A DNA stretch of 64,000 bases from Kordiimonas sp. Lineage in GTDB: Bacteria > Pseudomonadota > Alphaproteobacteria > Sphingomonadales > Kordiimonadaceae. How positions within the stretch are numbered: the first letter of the stretch is position 1; each line of letters opens with the position of its first letter. The DNA is taken from NCBI GenBank assembly GCA_963921265.3, contig OZ001196.2:1407441-1471440 (forward strand), written 5' to 3'. Of this stretch, positions 61,247-64,000 are shown piece by piece. Both the position numbers and the translations under genes were made by a program. Under the pieces are notes generated by a model, which ran no database searches, was not told the DNA's origin, and saw only the letters and a program-made list of their open reading frames with translations.

Positions 61247-62062
61247 ATGCGTTTATTGTTTTTAGGGGACTTGATGGGGCGGACTGGCAGATCAGCTGTC
61301 ATTGATGCTCTTCCGGACCTGCGCGAAAATCTGAAACTGGATTTTGTCGTTGTGAATGCAGAGAACGCAGCCTCAGGGTTTGGCACGACCAGCAAAATTG
61401 CTGGACAAGTTATTCAATCGGGCGCTGACGTCTTGTCGGGTGGTAACCATACGTTCGACCAAAAAGAGCTCCTGTCTGTGATCGACAACGACAACCGGAT
61501 TTTGCGCCCCGTCAATTATCCTGAACCGACACCAGGCCGCGGATACGCTGTTTATGATGCACCGCGTGGAAAAAAGGTGTTGGTAATTAACGCCATGGGC
61601 CGTGTGTTCATGAATCCAATGGATTGCCCCTTCAAGGCTGTAGACAAAGTGTTGTCAAAGTACCGGCTGGGCGCAACTGTTAACGCAGTGATTGTAGATT
61701 TCCACGGTGAGGCAACATCTGAAAAAATGGCGATGGGCCATTATTTGGACGGACGCGTTAGCTTGGTCGTTGGCACCCACAGCCACGTGCCAACTGCAGA
61801 CGCTCAAATCCTGCCCGGTGGCACTGCCTATCAAACGGACGCGGGCATGTGCGGAGACTATAACAGTGTAATCGGCATGGAAAAAACCGAACCGATCAAC
61901 CGGTTTCTCACCAAAGTGAACCGAGAGCGCTATTCACCGGCAGGGGGAGAGGCAACGATTTGCGGTACATTTGTGGAAACCGACGACAGGACAGGGTTGG
62001 CCAAGCGTGTAGAGCCTTTGCGCATTGGCCCGCGACTTATTGAGCACATGCCGGCTGTCTAA
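61247..62062 (+). CDS. ymdB: YmdB-like metallophosphoesterase (TIGR00282 family)
   Basis: MRLLFLGDLMGRTGR, VVVNAENAA.GFG, GGNH.FD, VDFHGEATSEK, GTHSHVPTAD. Confidence 0.85.
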   Translation: MRLLFLGDLMGRTGRSAVIDALPDLRENLKLDFVVVNAENAASGFGTTSKIAGQVIQSGADVLSGGNHTFDQKELLSVIDNDNRILRPVNYPEPTPGRGYAVYDAPRGKKVLVINAMGRVFMNPMDCPFKAVDKVLSKYRLGATVNAVIVDFHGEATSEKMAMGHYLDGRVSLVVGTHSHVPTADAQILPGGTAYQTDAGMCGDYNSVIGMEKTEPINRFLTKVNRERYSPAGGEATICGTFVETDDRTGLAKRVEPLRIGPRLIEHMPAV

Positions 62063-62160
62063 AAGCTTTCGAAGATAATGGGGCGCATGGCAGGAAAGGC
62101 GGCCCATCCGCCTGTCCTATCTTGTGATTAACTGAGTTATATCTTCAGCAACCCTTGGCG

Positions 62161-63414
62161 CTATAGCGCAACGATTGGGTCATCCCGTTCTTCAATTGAT
62201 GATGGCGTGTCAGCTTCCCTCTCTGCATCGGTCCGAGTAACTCTGCTCCCTTCGCCGCCGACATATTCTTCAACAGTAACCTCTGTACGGCGCATGCGGC
62301 GCTGGTTCCGCTTTTTAATTCCGCGGAACAGTGCCATAGCCTGCGGATTAACATTTTGAAAACGAGGCCCCATAAGGTTGCTGTCGTTGCCGAGGGTCCC
62401 CACACCCGGGACACTCGCCATGCCGCCGGAACCCGCTGGGTCAGGCACTTCAATGAAGGCCCAAAGAGCACCAGGGTTCGTATTAAAACTGCTACCGTGA
62501 TACACAGCGCCGTCTTTTACATCGGCAATACCCCAATCATAACTATTGGCGCGAAACCTGTCTGTTTTCGCTAACTGGCGGGCGGTGCTATTTTTCGCAA
62601 ATTTCAGCAAGTGAGATTTTATATCCTCATGAAAGTCCGGGAAGTATTTCACCCCTAGTTCATAGTGATCGGACACGCGGCCATAGCCTGACCAGAGCCT
62701 GAAGCCTCTCAGGCTGTTTACAAAGTCGATTGCGTTTTCTTTCAGTGCCTCCACAACATTCTCTGCTGTGTATGCCTCTGAACGAATGTTGGGTCCCCCT
62801 ACTGTTCCCATGAAAAAACCGTAAAGCACCAAGGGGTCGTTCCAGTTCTGCACGACATGATCTTCGATGTCCTGGATGGAAGTGGGAACGCCCGCAACAG
62901 TCATGGTCTTTTTGTCCCAAACACTTTTGCGGCCTTTTGCCAACGACTTAATCTTTTTTATGGGATAGGCGCTGGCCACCTCATACATCACTGCAACATT
63001 GTGCAGGTTTAGCCAGTAGGCCAGTTGCTCATTCTTGGAAAATTTCTCGAAGGGGACAAAATCTGGGACTGCTTCCAGGTCTTTGCGCACTTCAAGCAAA
63101 CTTTCTTCGCGTTCATCGTCAAAAACGTCGAAAGTTACCCGGTTTCCTTCAAATGAGGTTGCACTCATGTTGGAATGCCGGATCTTCGTTGTAACATTGC
63201 GCTTGTCGGAGCGGCTTGCTGCGCGCCTGTCCGACAACCCCACCTCCAAAACAGTAGACGATAAAATTAGGTCCAAGTCATCGTACCGGATGGTATACTT
63301 GCTGCCGAGTGTATATTCGGTAGGCAGCTGGGGTTTAGCCACGTCCGCTGTGCCTGCAATCGAAACAAAACATATCAAAATTGATGCCGCCACACTGGCA
63401 AATTTGTGTTTCAT
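62161..63414 (-). CDS. Secreted DUF547-domain protein
   Basis: Signal peptide MKHKFASVAASILICFVSIAG and the DUF547-type core EQLAYWLNLHNVAVMYEV...DIEDHV. Confidence 0.75.
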   Translation of the reverse strand: MKHKFASVAASILICFVSIAGTADVAKPQLPTEYTLGSKYTIRYDDLDLILSSTVLEVGLSDRRAASRSDKRNVTTKIRHSNMSATSFEGNRVTFDVFDDEREESLLEVRKDLEAVPDFVPFEKFSKNEQLAYWLNLHNVAVMYEVASAYPIKKIKSLAKGRKSVWDKKTMTVAGVPTSIQDIEDHVVQNWNDPLVLYGFFMGTVGGPNIRSEAYTAENVVEALKENAIDFVNSLRGFRLWSGYGRVSDHYELGVKYFPDFHEDIKSHLLKFAKNSTARQLAKTDRFRANSYDWGIADVKDGAVYHGSSFNTNPGALWAFIEVPDPAGSGGMASVPGVGTLGNDSNLMGPRFQNVNPQAMALFRGIKKRNQRRMRRTEVTVEEYVGGEGSRVTRTDAEREADTPSSIEERDDPIVAL

Positions 63415-63681
63415 TTTTGCCCCCTATCAGACTTTTCTCTAATCCACACCTACTGTTTACTTTATACACTAAGTTTAGTCTGATCAAGAATTGGCCAGAA
63501 TTAGGGCTTAACAGACGGGGGTATAGCGGTAGACTGAAAATGCAGTATGCGCGAGCTGCAGGCCCTCTTCAGAGGGCTGTTTACACGTTCAAGCCGGCCT
63601 TACCCAAAGGTGTCCAACAAATTGAAACGCAAAGTATGAGACCACGGATTTGGGTTGGTGAGTGAAGCAAATATTCTTATT

Positions 63682-64000
63682 TCAAGAGCGATTTAGCAGG
63701 ATTTCATCGCAGTCCACCTCAAACGCTTCCGTTATGATATCATGCGTCGTGTTTTCTTCTAAGGCCTCAGTCTGCGAAGTGGGTGATGAAGTCGCAAGTC
63801 CGCCCGCCGAGACCCTGGAACGGAAAAAACAGCCCATCACGGTATTGACGCCGTCCGGCAGAACATCGCGCCCATCAGCTGTAAAAAAACGCCCTCGAGC
63901 CTGTGGCCCGGTTATGATTTCGAATGACGGAAAGTAATCGACTGCATCGAATTCGCGGCAACATTGATCAGCGACTGCACGTAAAATGCTCTTTGACGCA
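63682..64000 (-). CDS. GSCFA-family protein (C-terminal 105 aa; 5' part outside the window)
   Basis: The minus-strand frame is open from the window edge to TGA (plus strand 63682-63684). The translation ...CCREFDAVDYFPSFEIITGPQARGRFFTADGRDV... contains the GSCFA-typical DYFPS(Y/F)E. This ORF is not in the ORF track because it has no start inside the window. Confidence 0.6.
   Translation of the reverse strand, partial: ASKSILRAVADQCCREFDAVDYFPSFEIITGPQARGRFFTADGRDVLPDGVNTVMGCFFRSRVSAGGLATSSPTSQTEALEENTTHDIITEAFEVDCDEILLNRS

Noticed and set aside
63381-63937. Two plus-strand ORFs (94 aa and 91 aa) lie at the right edge of the window.
   Set aside because: They have no recognisable motif. The minus strand encodes a GSCFA-like C-terminus (DYFPSFE) through 63682-64000, and the rest is probably intergenic.

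Overview
This is a dense chromosomal window of about 70 protein-coding genes. Gene content and synteny look alphaproteobacterial; this is a judgement from family-specific genes, not a computed classification. Most of it is core housekeeping:
- ubiX (partial), tdh-kbl, and rplU-rpmA followed by obg-proB-proA-nadD-rsfS-rlmH
- gpmI-envC-like-ctpA-yibQ-like-rppH
- the F1 ATP synthase operon atpHAGDC, priA, tal, purEK
- rpmE, suhB, efp, thiE and the tkt-gap-pgk-fba block
- DUF4164-zapA-(6S RNA)-5-formyl-THF cyclo-ligase-ymdB
- a run of small alpha-specific proteins (DUF465 x2, TIGR02444, DUF1013, DUF1192)

I recognised no rRNA, tRNA, CRISPR array, transposase, integrase or prophage gene.

Accessory-looking content:
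- a methyltransferase-nitrilase / GT61 islet at 6.0-9.7 kb
- a NIT-domain chemoreceptor inserted between rpmA and obg
- an orphan YjhX/TopAI-family toxin at 32.9 kb
- an MsbA-like ABC exporter followed by a sulfotransferase
- a DoxX-redoxin-sulfite-oxidase-like-dihaem cytochrome c cluster

The best candidate for an undescribed system is a translationally coupled MotA/ExbB-like plus MotB/OmpA-like pair at 45.6-47.9 kb. Both subunits carry long coiled-coil or helical extensions. The pair lies outside any flagellar, Tol or Ton context and just upstream of two secreted hydrolases. It does not fit any characterised stator class, including Zorya.

Non-coding calls are hypotheses from reading the sequence and need covariance-model or experimental confirmation. 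They are a probable 6S RNA, an RpoH-type promoter with a ROSE-like leader on hsp20, twin operator palindromes at an HxlR regulator, an SD-sequestering hairpin and several rho-independent terminators. All family assignments come from reading motifs in the translations; no database search was run.
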